Source: a bacterium
GTDB taxonomy: Bacteria > Sysuimicrobiota > Sysuimicrobiia > Sysuimicrobiales > Kaftiobacteriaceae
Reading direction: 5' to 3'
NCBI GenBank assembly: GCA_044868695.1
Contig: JBIOWP010000076.1
Location: forward strand, 1 to 52,358
Length of the DNA: 52,358 bases
A program made the translations under genes and the position numbers. The notes beneath the pieces were generated by a model, which was given only the letters and a program-made list of their open reading frames with translations, ran no database searches and had not been told where the DNA came from. Below are positions 1-8,299 of the stretch, one piece after another (position 1 is the first letter of the stretch; each line of letters begins with the position of its first letter).

Positions 1-2
1 GG

Positions 3-215
3 GGAAATGTCGTCGGAGTCTTCGAGGAGACCCGAGTCACGTCAGCCGTCGCAACCCTCCTGGCTAAAGAGAACAAGGCCGTCTTCCAGGAGAAAGTCGC
101 TGTCAGCCGTCCCGGCCGGACGATGGCTGCGCAGACCGTCACGTACTATTACAAAGACAAGCGCCTGGTCGCTGAAGGAGAGACCACGATCAAGATTCAG
201 GAAACCCCGCCTTAG
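3..215 (+). CDS. 3' end of an LptA/OstA-like beta-jellyroll protein (partial, runs off the window start)
   Basis: Frame 3 is open from the window start to TAG 213-215: GNVVGVFEETRVTSAVATLLAKENKAVFQEKVAVSRPGRTMAAQTVTYYYKDKRLVAEGETTIKIQETPP. The alternating beta-strand pattern resembles OstA repeats. Not in the ORF track. Confidence 0.55.
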   Translation, partial: GNVVGVFEETRVTSAVATLLAKENKAVFQEKVAVSRPGRTMAAQTVTYYYKDKRLVAEGETTIKIQETPP

Positions 216-225
216 GGAGGCTTCT

Positions 226-1254
226 TTGAAGGCAGTCGTCTACACGGGACATGGAGGTCCAGAGGTCGTTAAGGTCCAGGACATGCCTGAGCCAAGGCTG
301 GGCGCGCGCGATGTATTGGTGCGTGTTCGCGCGGCAGCACTGAACCACATCGACCTGTGGGTCCGCGGTGGGCTCCCGCGGCTTCGCCTCACCTTTCCCC
401 ACATCCCCGGCGCCGACGGGGCCGGCGTCGTCGAGCGGGTCGGCGACGGCGTCACGAAAGTCCGACCAGGCGCCGAGGTCACGATCGCACCCGGAATCAG
501 CTGCGGTGCCTGCAACTACTGCGTATCCGGCCGCGACAACCTTTGCGCCGATTACGGCATTCTGGGAGAGAATCTGCCCGGCACCTACGCCGAATTCGTG
601 ACCGTTCCCGAGCAAAACGTCCTGCCGAAACCCGCCCGCCTCAACTTTGAAGAAGCCGCGTCCATACCGCTGGTCTTCCTCACTGCCTGGAACATGCTGG
701 TCGGCAACGGCCGCCTGCGTTTCGGCGAGACCGTCATGGTCTGGGGCGCCGGCAGCGGGGTCGGCAGCGCGGCGATCCAAATCGCAAAGCTGTTCAGCGC
801 GCGCGTCATCGCTGTGGCCGGCAGCCACTGGAAGCTCGAAAAGGCCAGGGCTCTCGGTGCTGATGACGGCATCGACCACCGCGAGCAGGACGTGCTGGAG
901 GAAATCAGGCGGCTGACCGACAAGCGGGGTGCAGACGTCGTATTCGACCACGTCGGGGCGGCCACATGGCAGACCAGCATCAAGTCGCTCGCCCGCGGCG
1001 GCCGGCTCGTCACCTGCGGCGCAACGTCCGGGTCCGAGGCTCCGACCGACATCCGGTACGTCTACGGCCGCCGGCTTTCCATTCACGGGACCTGGATGGG
1101 AACCAAAGGCGAATTGTACGAACTCATGCGCCTCGTCGAAGCCGGCCGCCTGAAGCCTGTCCTGCACCAGATCTTTCCCCTCGAAGAAGCAGTGAAAGCG
1201 CAGGAAGTCATGGAACGAAGCGAGCAGTTCGGGAAGCTGGTTCTGAAGGTGTAA
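226..1254 (+). CDS. Zinc-binding alcohol dehydrogenase / quinone oxidoreductase (MDR family)
   Basis: GGAGG at 216-220, then TTG 226 (MKAVVYTGHGGPEV). HIPGADGAG, structural Zn CxxCxxC(x7)C, GAGSGVG Rossmann motif and C-terminal GKLVL. Confidence 0.92.
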   Translation: MKAVVYTGHGGPEVVKVQDMPEPRLGARDVLVRVRAAALNHIDLWVRGGLPRLRLTFPHIPGADGAGVVERVGDGVTKVRPGAEVTIAPGISCGACNYCVSGRDNLCADYGILGENLPGTYAEFVTVPEQNVLPKPARLNFEEAASIPLVFLTAWNMLVGNGRLRFGETVMVWGAGSGVGSAAIQIAKLFSARVIAVAGSHWKLEKARALGADDGIDHREQDVLEEIRRLTDKRGADVVFDHVGAATWQTSIKSLARGGRLVTCGATSGSEAPTDIRYVYGRRLSIHGTWMGTKGELYELMRLVEAGRLKPVLHQIFPLEEAVKAQEVMERSEQFGKLVLKV

Positions 1255-1258
1255 TCTC

Positions 1259-1906
1259 TTGAGTGGTACCCGTCGCACACAAGTAGTAGTTGTCTTTTCC
1301 GCGCTCGTAGCGCAATGCCTGAGCTTGGCCGCTGGCGCGAGTGAACCTCTGCCGGCGTTCGCCGAGGTCGTCGCACGACTGGACGCGGTCAACCCGAATC
1401 TGCAGAGCCTGATCGTTGAGCAGAACGCCGACGTGGTGTGGCTGGGGATTTTTCACTTCGGCCTTCGGACGACAGTCTACGCCGCCCGCCCAGCCTTCTA
1501 CAAAGTGGTCGTCCACGAGGCACCCGCGATTCTTAGATCGTTGGGTGACACCTTCTACCTCGTATCTTCTCCGCAGCAGGTTCTCGCAGACTACACCGCA
1601 ACCTCAATCGAGCGGGGCCCTGGCGATACGTTAGTTGTCGCCCTGGTCGGCACCCGGCCCTCGGTCAACCCACCCGAGGGACGCGCCGTAATCGACACCC
1701 GTCGCTGGGTTATTCAGGAGATTACGCTCAACTACCGCTGGGGTGAGCTTCAGGTCGCATATCGCTACGGCGACGCTGAGGGCTTTCTTCTTCCCGCAAC
1801 CGTCGAGGTCGTAGTCCCCGGCTACTCACTTCGCGCCGAGATCCTGTACACCGGATACCAACTCAACGTACCTATTGACCCTGCGATCTTTTCGCAGACC
1901 CGCTAG
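1259..1906 (+). CDS. Exported hypothetical protein, possibly LolA-like / outer-membrane lipoprotein-sorting fold
   Basis: Signal-peptide-like N-terminus (VVVVFSALVAQCLSLAAGA), beta-rich body, and a C-terminal YQLNVPIDPAIF like LolA-family ends. Start uncertain. Confidence 0.5.
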   Translation: MSGTRRTQVVVVFSALVAQCLSLAAGASEPLPAFAEVVARLDAVNPNLQSLIVEQNADVVWLGIFHFGLRTTVYAARPAFYKVVVHEAPAILRSLGDTFYLVSSPQQVLADYTATSIERGPGDTLVVALVGTRPSVNPPEGRAVIDTRRWVIQEITLNYRWGELQVAYRYGDAEGFLLPATVEVVVPGYSLRAEILYTGYQLNVPIDPAIFSQTR

Positions 1907-2645
1907 GGCCCGTCCGCGGCTCCGCCCCGACCCACGTTTCCCCGCCTTCCCAGACTTCTTTCTTCCAAATCGGCACTGTCTGCTTGAGCGTGTCGATGGC
2001 AAACTTCCCTGCCTCAAAGGCCTCTTTGCGGTGGCCGGACGAGACGGCAATGGCAATACTGATTTCTCCGATGTCCAGGTGGCCGAGCCTGTGCACGATG
2101 GCGATGCCGAGGAGTGGCCAACGCCGAGCGGCCTCTTCGGCCACCCGGCGCATCTCCTTTAGCGCCATGGACTGATAAGCTTCATACTCGAGAAACTTCA
2201 CGTGCCGCCCCTGATCGTTATCGCGGACGGTGCCCAAGAACACCACCACCGCGCCTGCCTGCGGATTCCGAACACGCCGGAGCACCGCGTTGATGTCGAC
2301 CGCGCGTTCTACAAGCTCAACCCAGGGTGTCAAACGGGGATCGCCACGGCCCTCCGGGCCTCGCGATGACTGAAAGGTGGGCCCTGGGGGGTCGGCAGCA
2401 CCGCCGCTGACGGGCGGAATGAGCACCAGCTCGTCCCGTTCGCGCAGCGCATGCGTGCCCTGCACATATTCATCGTTGATGGCGAACGCGTGGGGCTGCG
2501 GCAAATCCCCCAGTTTGGGGTATCGGGTGAGCAGCTTATCCCACACCTGGCCGGGCGTAATCCCCTCGGGCACGTCCAGGGCAATGGAGGGCGAACCGAT
2601 GGCCTCACGATAGGACGCGAACGCCCGGACTGAAATACGCATCAT
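1872..2645 (-). CDS. moaE: Fused molybdopterin synthase MoaD-MoaE (MoaX-type)
   Basis: N-terminal ubiquitin-like MoaD ending LIPPVSGG, a linker, then MoaE motifs GAVVVFLGTVRD, LEYEAY, HRLG and KQTVPIWKKE. ATG at 2645 (alternative 2642). Confidence 0.93.
   Translation of the reverse strand: MMRISVRAFASYREAIGSPSIALDVPEGITPGQVWDKLLTRYPKLGDLPQPHAFAINDEYVQGTHALRERDELVLIPPVSGGAADPPGPTFQSSRGPEGRGDPRLTPWVELVERAVDINAVLRRVRNPQAGAVVVFLGTVRDNDQGRHVKFLEYEAYQSMALKEMRRVAEEAARRWPLLGIAIVHRLGHLDIGEISIAIAVSSGHRKEAFEAGKFAIDTLKQTVPIWKKEVWEGGETWVGAEPRTGPSGSAKRSQGQ
2339..2372. repeat. REP-like palindromic unit inside the moaD-moaE linker
   Basis: GATCGCCACGGCCC (2339-2352) and GGGCCTCGCGATGACTG (2356-2372) are identical to 38799-38812 and 38839-38855 in an intergenic repeat cluster. 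Confidence 0.85.
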
Positions 2646-2651
2646 ACCGGG

Positions 2652-2660
2652 ATTGTAGCA
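2652..2660 (-). promoter_or_regulatory. Extended -10 promoter (TGcTACAAT) for a probably leaderless moaD-moaE mRNA
   Basis: Minus strand reads TGCTACAAT-CCCGGT-ATG: 6 nt from -10 to ATG 2645, no Shine-Dalgarno. Confidence 0.65.
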
Positions 2661-2725
2661 AAAGGGAGTGCGAGGAGCAGGCACGCGCTAGGGTTCGACG
2701 GCCGCCACTGCGAAATCAGCCCTTT

Positions 2726-3661
2726 GTGACGTTGAAGATCTTGAATCCCTACGCCGGCCCCGGTTTGTTCCGCAAGGCACAGCTTCACTGCCACACGACC
2801 GAATCCGACGGCCGCTTTCGCCCCGCCGAGCTCCTCCTGATGTACAAAGAAGCGGGATACTCATTTGTCTGCATTACCGACCATAACCGCGTTACCCGCT
2901 GCGACGACCTGAACGATTCCACGTTCCTCGCGATCCCCGGCACCGAGGATACGGTTTCGCGTTTTCTCCCGCCGCTCGGGCCGCACATGGGCCGGGCTTT
3001 TGTTACCGAAGCACTCCGCACGGGCTCGGCGCAAGAGCGGATTGAACGGACCCTGGCCGAGGGCGGCGTGGCGGCGCTGTGTCATCCCTCGTGGAACGGA
3101 AACTTGTGGACGGGGTCGTGGAGCCGTGAGGCCGTGCAGTCGCTCCAGGGATTTCATCTGCTTGAAATTTGGAATCCGCACTCTGACTCCGGGGAGGACG
3201 TGCGCCGGTGGGAGGCCACCCTGCGTACGCGAGGACCTCGGGCGCCGGTCTGGGGCGTGGCTGTCGATGACTGTCACCGCCGGGACCAGTTCAATCGCGG
3301 ATGGATCATGGTGAAGGTTGCGGCGGTGCAGGTACCGGCACTTCGGTCTGCCCTACTGGCGGGCGCATTCTATGCCTCGACCGGTCCGACGGCGGACTTC
3401 CGCGTCGAGGGGGACGCCGTGCGCGCGGAACTGGCGGAGAGCGGCCGGATCCGGTTCTGCGACGTTCACGGCCGAACACGATCAGATGTCGTCAGCAAGG
3501 CGGGACGGTACGCGGTGCGGGGCGATGAGGGGTTCGTACGGGTCGAATGCGTGACAGACCGCGGCCGCGTCTGGTCCCAGCCCTTCTGGATCACGGACGC
3601 CCCGGAGCCTCCTGCGCAGGAGAGGGCTGCCGAGAGCAGGAACATGGGCATGCTGTGCTAA
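2726..3661 (+). CDS. PHP-domain metallohydrolase (CehA/McbA-like)
   Basis: LHCHTTESDG, ITDHN, CHP and VDDCH metal-ligand motifs; C-terminal WSQPFW. Confidence 0.85.
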   Translation: MTLKILNPYAGPGLFRKAQLHCHTTESDGRFRPAELLLMYKEAGYSFVCITDHNRVTRCDDLNDSTFLAIPGTEDTVSRFLPPLGPHMGRAFVTEALRTGSAQERIERTLAEGGVAALCHPSWNGNLWTGSWSREAVQSLQGFHLLEIWNPHSDSGEDVRRWEATLRTRGPRAPVWGVAVDDCHRRDQFNRGWIMVKVAAVQVPALRSALLAGAFYASTGPTADFRVEGDAVRAELAESGRIRFCDVHGRTRSDVVSKAGRYAVRGDEGFVRVECVTDRGRVWSQPFWITDAPEPPAQERAAESRNMGMLC

Positions 3662-3713
3662 GAGGGAAGAGAACTGGCAGGAAGAGAGACCGACGAAGAG
3701 GGGGACGAGATCT

Positions 3714-3791
3714 ATGACAGCTGAACCGCTGATCCTTGTGGCCGCGCTCGTCGCACTCGTGTTCGTCCTCAGGTTGTTGAGCGGACAGTAG
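3714..3791 (+). CDS. Putative 25-aa single-pass membrane peptide
   Basis: GAGGGGG upstream, ATG 3714 to TAG 3791: MTAEPLILVAALVALVFVLRLLSGQ. Below the ORF-track size cutoff. Confidence 0.5.
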   Translation: MTAEPLILVAALVALVFVLRLLSGQ

Positions 3792-3801
3792 CGACTCGCC
3801 G

Positions 3802-3827
3802 GGAACCTTCGTGCCCGCGCCCCCGTC
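3802..3827 (+). promoter_or_regulatory. ECF sigma factor-type promoter
   Basis: GGAACC (3802-3807), 16-nt spacer, CGTC (3824-3827); matches the generic ECF GGAAC-N16/17-CGT consensus. Upstream of CDS 3889. Confidence 0.6.
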
Positions 3828-3888
3828 TTCTAGAGGCGGGGTGTCGCGGGCATATGTTTGGGTAGTCTTTTTGCTGAGGTGACAAGCG

Positions 3889-4776
3889 ATGCGATTAGCG
3901 GTGATCCTCGGTCTCGTTCTTCTCGTTGCGGTGCCGTCTGTACTGTCAGGACCGTCGCTCGCGCAGGAGTCCGGGCGCGATCGCATTGATGCGGATCCAG
4001 AAGGCAAGCCGCCCGGACTGGCCGGGCGCCTCCTCGGCTATTGGATCTGGCGGGACAGCGACGGATACCATCTGCGGGCCACCACTGAGAACAAGCGCCA
4101 CATCTTTAGCGGATGGGTGGAGGTCGATCGCGACTTTGCCCTGCAGCCGTCGTTCAAGCAGGAGGGTAATGACTACGTCCGCAAGACCGGCCGGCGAATC
4201 GAGTTCCGGTTTGCCACCGCGGGGAACCCTGACGGGTTCGATTTCAAAGCCTCGTGGCCGCACCGCACAACCTTCTTCCTCGAAATCGATGGCCGGTCCG
4301 GCGGCGACGTGCTGAACCGCGTGTTCATCGGCGGCCGCAGCGCCCATCCAACGTCGAACCCGTTCGCCATCACTCCGGCGGTGCTGCGCGGGATGGAAGC
4401 GGCGGGCAGGCCGGAGGCCTACCAGTCCGGTGAGCCAAAGGCATTCTGGATCTGGCGCGACAGCGGGGGCTACCACCTGCGCGCCACTACCGGCCGTGAG
4501 CGGCACGTCTTCAGTGGGTGGATCGAAGCAGACAGCGGCCTCGACCTGCGAAAGATTGCCAGCATGGAATCCACGGACTTCGTCGTGAGGGAGGGAAGGC
4601 GCCTGTACTTCCACCTCGCCGTCCGGGGCGCCGAAGACGGGTTCGACTTCTCGGGTTCCGGCCCGGTCATGTTTTTCCTAATGATCGACGGAGTGGGTTC
4701 TGACGACGTGCTGGGTCGGATCTTTGTTGGCCGGAAGGGCGTCCACCCCAGGGATAATCCTTTCAGAGTCAGGTAG
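3889..4776 (+). CDS. Secreted protein with two tandem ~125-aa beta-rich domains of unknown function
   Basis: GAGGTG RBS, signal peptide; repeated WIWRDSxGYHLRATT...RHxFSGW...DGFDF...FFLxIDG...HPxxNPF. Confidence 0.85.
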   Translation: MRLAVILGLVLLVAVPSVLSGPSLAQESGRDRIDADPEGKPPGLAGRLLGYWIWRDSDGYHLRATTENKRHIFSGWVEVDRDFALQPSFKQEGNDYVRKTGRRIEFRFATAGNPDGFDFKASWPHRTTFFLEIDGRSGGDVLNRVFIGGRSAHPTSNPFAITPAVLRGMEAAGRPEAYQSGEPKAFWIWRDSGGYHLRATTGRERHVFSGWIEADSGLDLRKIASMESTDFVVREGRRLYFHLAVRGAEDGFDFSGSGPVMFFLMIDGVGSDDVLGRIFVGRKGVHPRDNPFRVR

Positions 4777-4871
4777 ACGCATAGCCCTGGACCGGGGCTG
4801 ACAGCCTTCGTCTGCAGGGGTTGCCGGCCCCGGCACCGTATACCCTCGTAACCCCCTGGCCCGTCGAAGTC

Positions 4872-4888
4872 TACACGTGTAATACAAT
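4872..4888 (+). promoter_or_regulatory. 10-bp palindrome abutting a TACAAT -10 box
   Basis: TACACGTGTA (4872-4881, perfect palindrome), then TACAAT 4883-4888; GGAGGG RBS and ATG 4917 downstream. Confidence 0.35.
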
Positions 4889-4916
4889 GTCACGGACCAA
4901 AAATGCGGAGGGCAGC

Positions 4917-6557
4917 ATGAATCATCGCCGGATTGGCGCGGCGCGCTGGGTCCTTCTGATGTTCGTCATGGCTCTCCTCCCACTCGGCTCCAGCGGAGGC
5001 GCGCAGATGGGCCGCGCAGCCGCCGCGGCGGTCGCGCCCAAATCCCGCGTACCCAGTCTGGGTCCGCAGGTTGAAAATCAGTGGCAGCAGATTCTCCCGA
5101 AGATCAGCCACCGCCCGGCGGCGCTGCTAGCGACCAAGTATGGGATGACCGCCATTCGCGGCAAGCGCGTTGATCTTGACGAGAAAGTCGGCCCGGCCCG
5201 CTATCGGATGGAAGTGGACAACTCTGTGGGGACATCGTTTCTTTCCTCCGAGAACGAGCCAAGCGTCGCGGCGAACCCGGCCGATGGGTCGCTCGTGGTG
5301 ATCTTTGCGCACAACATCCCCGCCGATCCCTGCCGGGCATGGTTCAGCATTGATAGCGGGGAGACGTTCCAATCCACCTTCTTCGTTGATCTTCCAGTGG
5401 CGGCGGTGGGCGACTTTTGCTCCGACCCTGTCGTGCGCTTCTCACCCGATGGTACGGTCGCCTATTACGCCTACGTGTCAATTCATCTAGGCATGAATCC
5501 GGTCACGGACCCAGACACGTCCAGCGCGGTGGTCTGTACGGCGCCCGGGAGTACCCCATGGGACGTCTGCGTTTCGCCGGCCATCGCGCTCCCATCACTC
5601 GGCAATTTCGTGGATAAGGAGTGGATGGATGTCCATACGTTCGACACGGGCGCCGGTGCAAACGTCGTGTACGTCTCTGCAACCGAGTTCACAACAGGTG
5701 GCTCATGCAACATCATCTTCAACCGATCGCTGGACGCGGGCGTGACGTGGGATCTCGGTACTGCCGGTGAAGGCATCGTGCTCGCCCCCTCCGCAACTTG
5801 CAATCCTGTCCTACACGGCTCCCGGCCCGCGGGGGCACCGGGCGCGAACGTGCTGGTCTGCTGGTACAACTCGGAGGCCGACGGCTGGCTGACGGGCGTA
5901 TTCGACATCCGCTGCCGCCGCAACGCGGACTATGGCTCGACCACCGCCTGGGACGCGCAGGTCACGGCGCTCGATAACCGGGCGTTTGAGACCCCCTTCT
6001 GGTTGTGCCCGAGCGCATCCCTCCACCGGTGGTGGGGCGGGATGTTTCCGGCCATCACCATCGACCATCTGGGGCGGGCGCACCTGACCGTGACATACGA
6101 TCCCACTGCGGGAGCTACGACCACGGAATGCGGCAACGTTCTGTACCGGCGTAGCCTCGCGCCGCCCTACACCGTCTGGGGCACCCCGATTGTTGTGGGT
6201 TCCGACACACTTGGCCGAGCGCAAGGCTATCCCACCGTCGTGGCGCAGCGAGCGGAAGCGACGCTGCCGCGTGTCTACGTCGCTTACTATGGTCACAAGA
6301 ACGCCATTCTGGGCGGCGTGACTGTCCCGAACGGCAGGTATGATGTCTTCTACCGACGGTCCGTCGATGGAGGCACGACGTTTGGCGCCGCCGTGCGGGT
6401 GACCGACGTCAGCTCCGTGAGCGACTTCGTGTTCATCGGCGACTACATCGACTCGTCCGCAACGGTTCGGGTCTTTCATGTGGCATGGACGGATCGCGCC
6501 GACAAGCTCTCCATCGACGATGGCGAGGACGACGTATACCACGACCGATTCCCCTAG
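4917..6557 (+). CDS. Secreted BNR/Asp-box (sialidase-like) beta-propeller protein
   Basis: Signal peptide, ENEPSVAANP, SDPVV, DKEW, Asp-boxes SIDSGETF, SLDAGVTW and SVDGGTTF, FIGDYI, VAWTD; Cys-rich. Confidence 0.85.
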   Translation: MNHRRIGAARWVLLMFVMALLPLGSSGGAQMGRAAAAAVAPKSRVPSLGPQVENQWQQILPKISHRPAALLATKYGMTAIRGKRVDLDEKVGPARYRMEVDNSVGTSFLSSENEPSVAANPADGSLVVIFAHNIPADPCRAWFSIDSGETFQSTFFVDLPVAAVGDFCSDPVVRFSPDGTVAYYAYVSIHLGMNPVTDPDTSSAVVCTAPGSTPWDVCVSPAIALPSLGNFVDKEWMDVHTFDTGAGANVVYVSATEFTTGGSCNIIFNRSLDAGVTWDLGTAGEGIVLAPSATCNPVLHGSRPAGAPGANVLVCWYNSEADGWLTGVFDIRCRRNADYGSTTAWDAQVTALDNRAFETPFWLCPSASLHRWWGGMFPAITIDHLGRAHLTVTYDPTAGATTTECGNVLYRRSLAPPYTVWGTPIVVGSDTLGRAQGYPTVVAQRAEATLPRVYVAYYGHKNAILGGVTVPNGRYDVFYRRSVDGGTTFGAAVRVTDVSSVSDFVFIGDYIDSSATVRVFHVAWTDRADKLSIDDGEDDVYHDRFP

Positions 6558-6579
6558 CCGCCGCGCCCCTCATCCGGCG

Positions 6580-7050
6580 TTGAGGCTGATCGTCTCCGGC
6601 TTCCTCGGCGCGGGATTCTTGGGCCCGCCGATATCGGCTCCTGGAGAATGCGCCGGCTCCTTGCCGGGGGGATACGCGATCGTATTGGAGTCTCTACCTC
6701 AACCCGTGGCGGTCGGCGCGACCCTCAGGTACTGCCTCTACGTCGGCTCGGCGGTCCGTACACTGGGCGTCAGCCTCCACGTCCGCTTCCACCTGCCGCC
6801 TGACACTGAGGTCTCGGGTAGCAGGGCCATAGGGTATCAGTGCCGCGTGGAGGCGGAGCGCCACGATGAATACCAGCGCGCGGCTCACCCGGATGTGGAC
6901 TGCATGAGCATCACCACCGGTGTGCCGTCCGGGGTGGTGAGTGTCTCAGCGGTTGCGCCCGCCAGTCCTGGCATGAAAGAGGCCTGCGCTGTCGTGAACG
7001 CAGGGAAGAATGATCACATCGTGTGCGCGCGGACGGTCGTCAGGCCTTAG
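6580..7050 (+). CDS. Exported hypothetical protein (Ig-like, DUF11-like)
   Basis: Hydrophobic N-terminus, PVAVGATLRYCLYV, paired Cys; fills the gap between two genes. TTG start uncertain. Confidence 0.45.
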   Translation: MRLIVSGFLGAGFLGPPISAPGECAGSLPGGYAIVLESLPQPVAVGATLRYCLYVGSAVRTLGVSLHVRFHLPPDTEVSGSRAIGYQCRVEAERHDEYQRAAHPDVDCMSITTGVPSGVVSVSAVAPASPGMKEACAVVNAGKNDHIVCARTVVRP

Positions 7051-8198
7051 GGGACAGAAGCGAACTGGATCCCTTCGATCTCAACCTGCGGCACTGCGCG
7101 CATGGGGTCGCGCCACCGGACGGTGACGCCCGACGCCGTCCCTGGCGAGATGCCCAGCGATATGATCTGGCGTTCGGCGCGGACCAGAGAATAGCCGTCC
7201 ACAATAACCCGCGCATGCGCGGCGCTGACAGGAAACCCCGCGTCGTCGGCGATCCAGACGCAGAGCAGATGCGAACTCGCCACGCCCTCCGGGACGACGG
7301 ATGCTTTGGCCTTGAGCCTGGACAGCACCAGTCCGTCGTAGAGCTCGGTTGGCACTGTGACCAACACTGCAGGGCGCGGCTCCTCAGGCCGGCGGCCTTG
7401 GTATTCCAGTACCTGAAGCCGGACCCAGATGGGCGGCGGTGCCGTGGGTACGTTGACGGCGAACTCTCGGAGATCGCCGGCCGCCAGGGCTTCCAGGGAA
7501 GTTCGGGTTGACGTCAGCTCGCGCCCGTTGATCCCGTACGCCGTGGCCTGCACCTGGATGCCGGCAATGTGCCGGTCGCTTTGGTTTGACAGTTCGCCGT
7601 CGACATGCACTGCGGCCCCTTCAAGAGAAAACGCCCAACTGGCGATCTCGACGACCGCATCGGCACCCTGCGACACGGGGACGGTCGGGCGGGCGACCCG
7701 AGATGGAGCCGGCGGTCTGGGACACTGGCTGGATGCTAGCCCGGGGGAGCGTGCTCCAGCTGCCTCTCCGAGTGCGGCCAGCCACGCCGAGGCGCTGGCG
7801 TCGTACTCGGTACCGGGCGCGACCGCCTTGGCGCGGGCGAAGGCCTCACGCGCCCGCACGGCGTCGCCCATCCGGGCGTACGTGATGCCCAGAAACAGGT
7901 GGGCGGCAGGGTTCTGAGGGGCGAGGTCGACTGCCCGCCGCAGGGCCTGCACGGCTTCCGGTAGCTGGTTGAGCTGCAGGTACGTCGCGCCCAGCCAGGT
8001 CCAGGTGACCGGATCCTCCGGCGCGTCCTGTGCTCCCAGGACGAACAACTGGAGTGCTTCCGCAAAGCGTCCGGCCTGATAGAGAGGTACCCCGCCCGTC
8101 GGGAACGGTTGCGCCGATGAACGGACGGCGACGGCCAGGAGGGCGCAGAGCAGACCCGCTGCGATGAAGAGCGCTTTTGGCCGGCCTGTCACGAACAT
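7047..8198 (-). CDS. Exported TPR-repeat protein with FxLYD-like Ig domain
   Basis: Signal peptide, about three TPR helix pairs (WTWLGATYLQLNQLPEAVQALRRAVDLAP), Pro-rich linker, VDGELSNQSDR..IQVQATAY. Confidence 0.8.
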   Translation of the reverse strand: MFVTGRPKALFIAAGLLCALLAVAVRSSAQPFPTGGVPLYQAGRFAEALQLFVLGAQDAPEDPVTWTWLGATYLQLNQLPEAVQALRRAVDLAPQNPAAHLFLGITYARMGDAVRAREAFARAKAVAPGTEYDASASAWLAALGEAAGARSPGLASSQCPRPPAPSRVARPTVPVSQGADAVVEIASWAFSLEGAAVHVDGELSNQSDRHIAGIQVQATAYGINGRELTSTRTSLEALAAGDLREFAVNVPTAPPPIWVRLQVLEYQGRRPEEPRPAVLVTVPTELYDGLVLSRLKAKASVVPEGVASSHLLCVWIADDAGFPVSAAHARVIVDGYSLVRAERQIISLGISPGTASGVTVRWRDPMRAVPQVEIEGIQFASVP

Positions 8199-8299
8199 GA
8201 CGCACCAATCGTTGAAGCAACTCCCAAACAGCAGGAAATGGAGGGGAAGTTCGGGACGCGTGCCAAAATCACCTATGAGTTGAAGATAAGGCGCTGAAC

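Noticed and set aside
7..225. N-terminal extension of the 415-aa ORF 7..1254
   Set aside because: It overlaps the real upstream gene in another frame. The RBS and the MKAVV family start place the start at TTG 226.
190..1392. Long antisense and alternate-frame ORFs (e.g. 190..1392, 11944..13107, 21665..22633, 39219..40328, 41686..43230, 45583..47046, 47206..48501)
   Set aside because: Shadow ORFs expected in high-GC DNA. They lie opposite well-supported genes and have no recognisable motifs.
2685..2720. GGTTCGA resembling a tRNA T-loop
   Set aside because: No T-stem pairing, cloverleaf or acceptor stem.
2646..2725. Moco riboswitch upstream of moaD-moaE
   Set aside because: The -10 box abuts the start codon, leaving no leader, and the 80-nt gap is too short.
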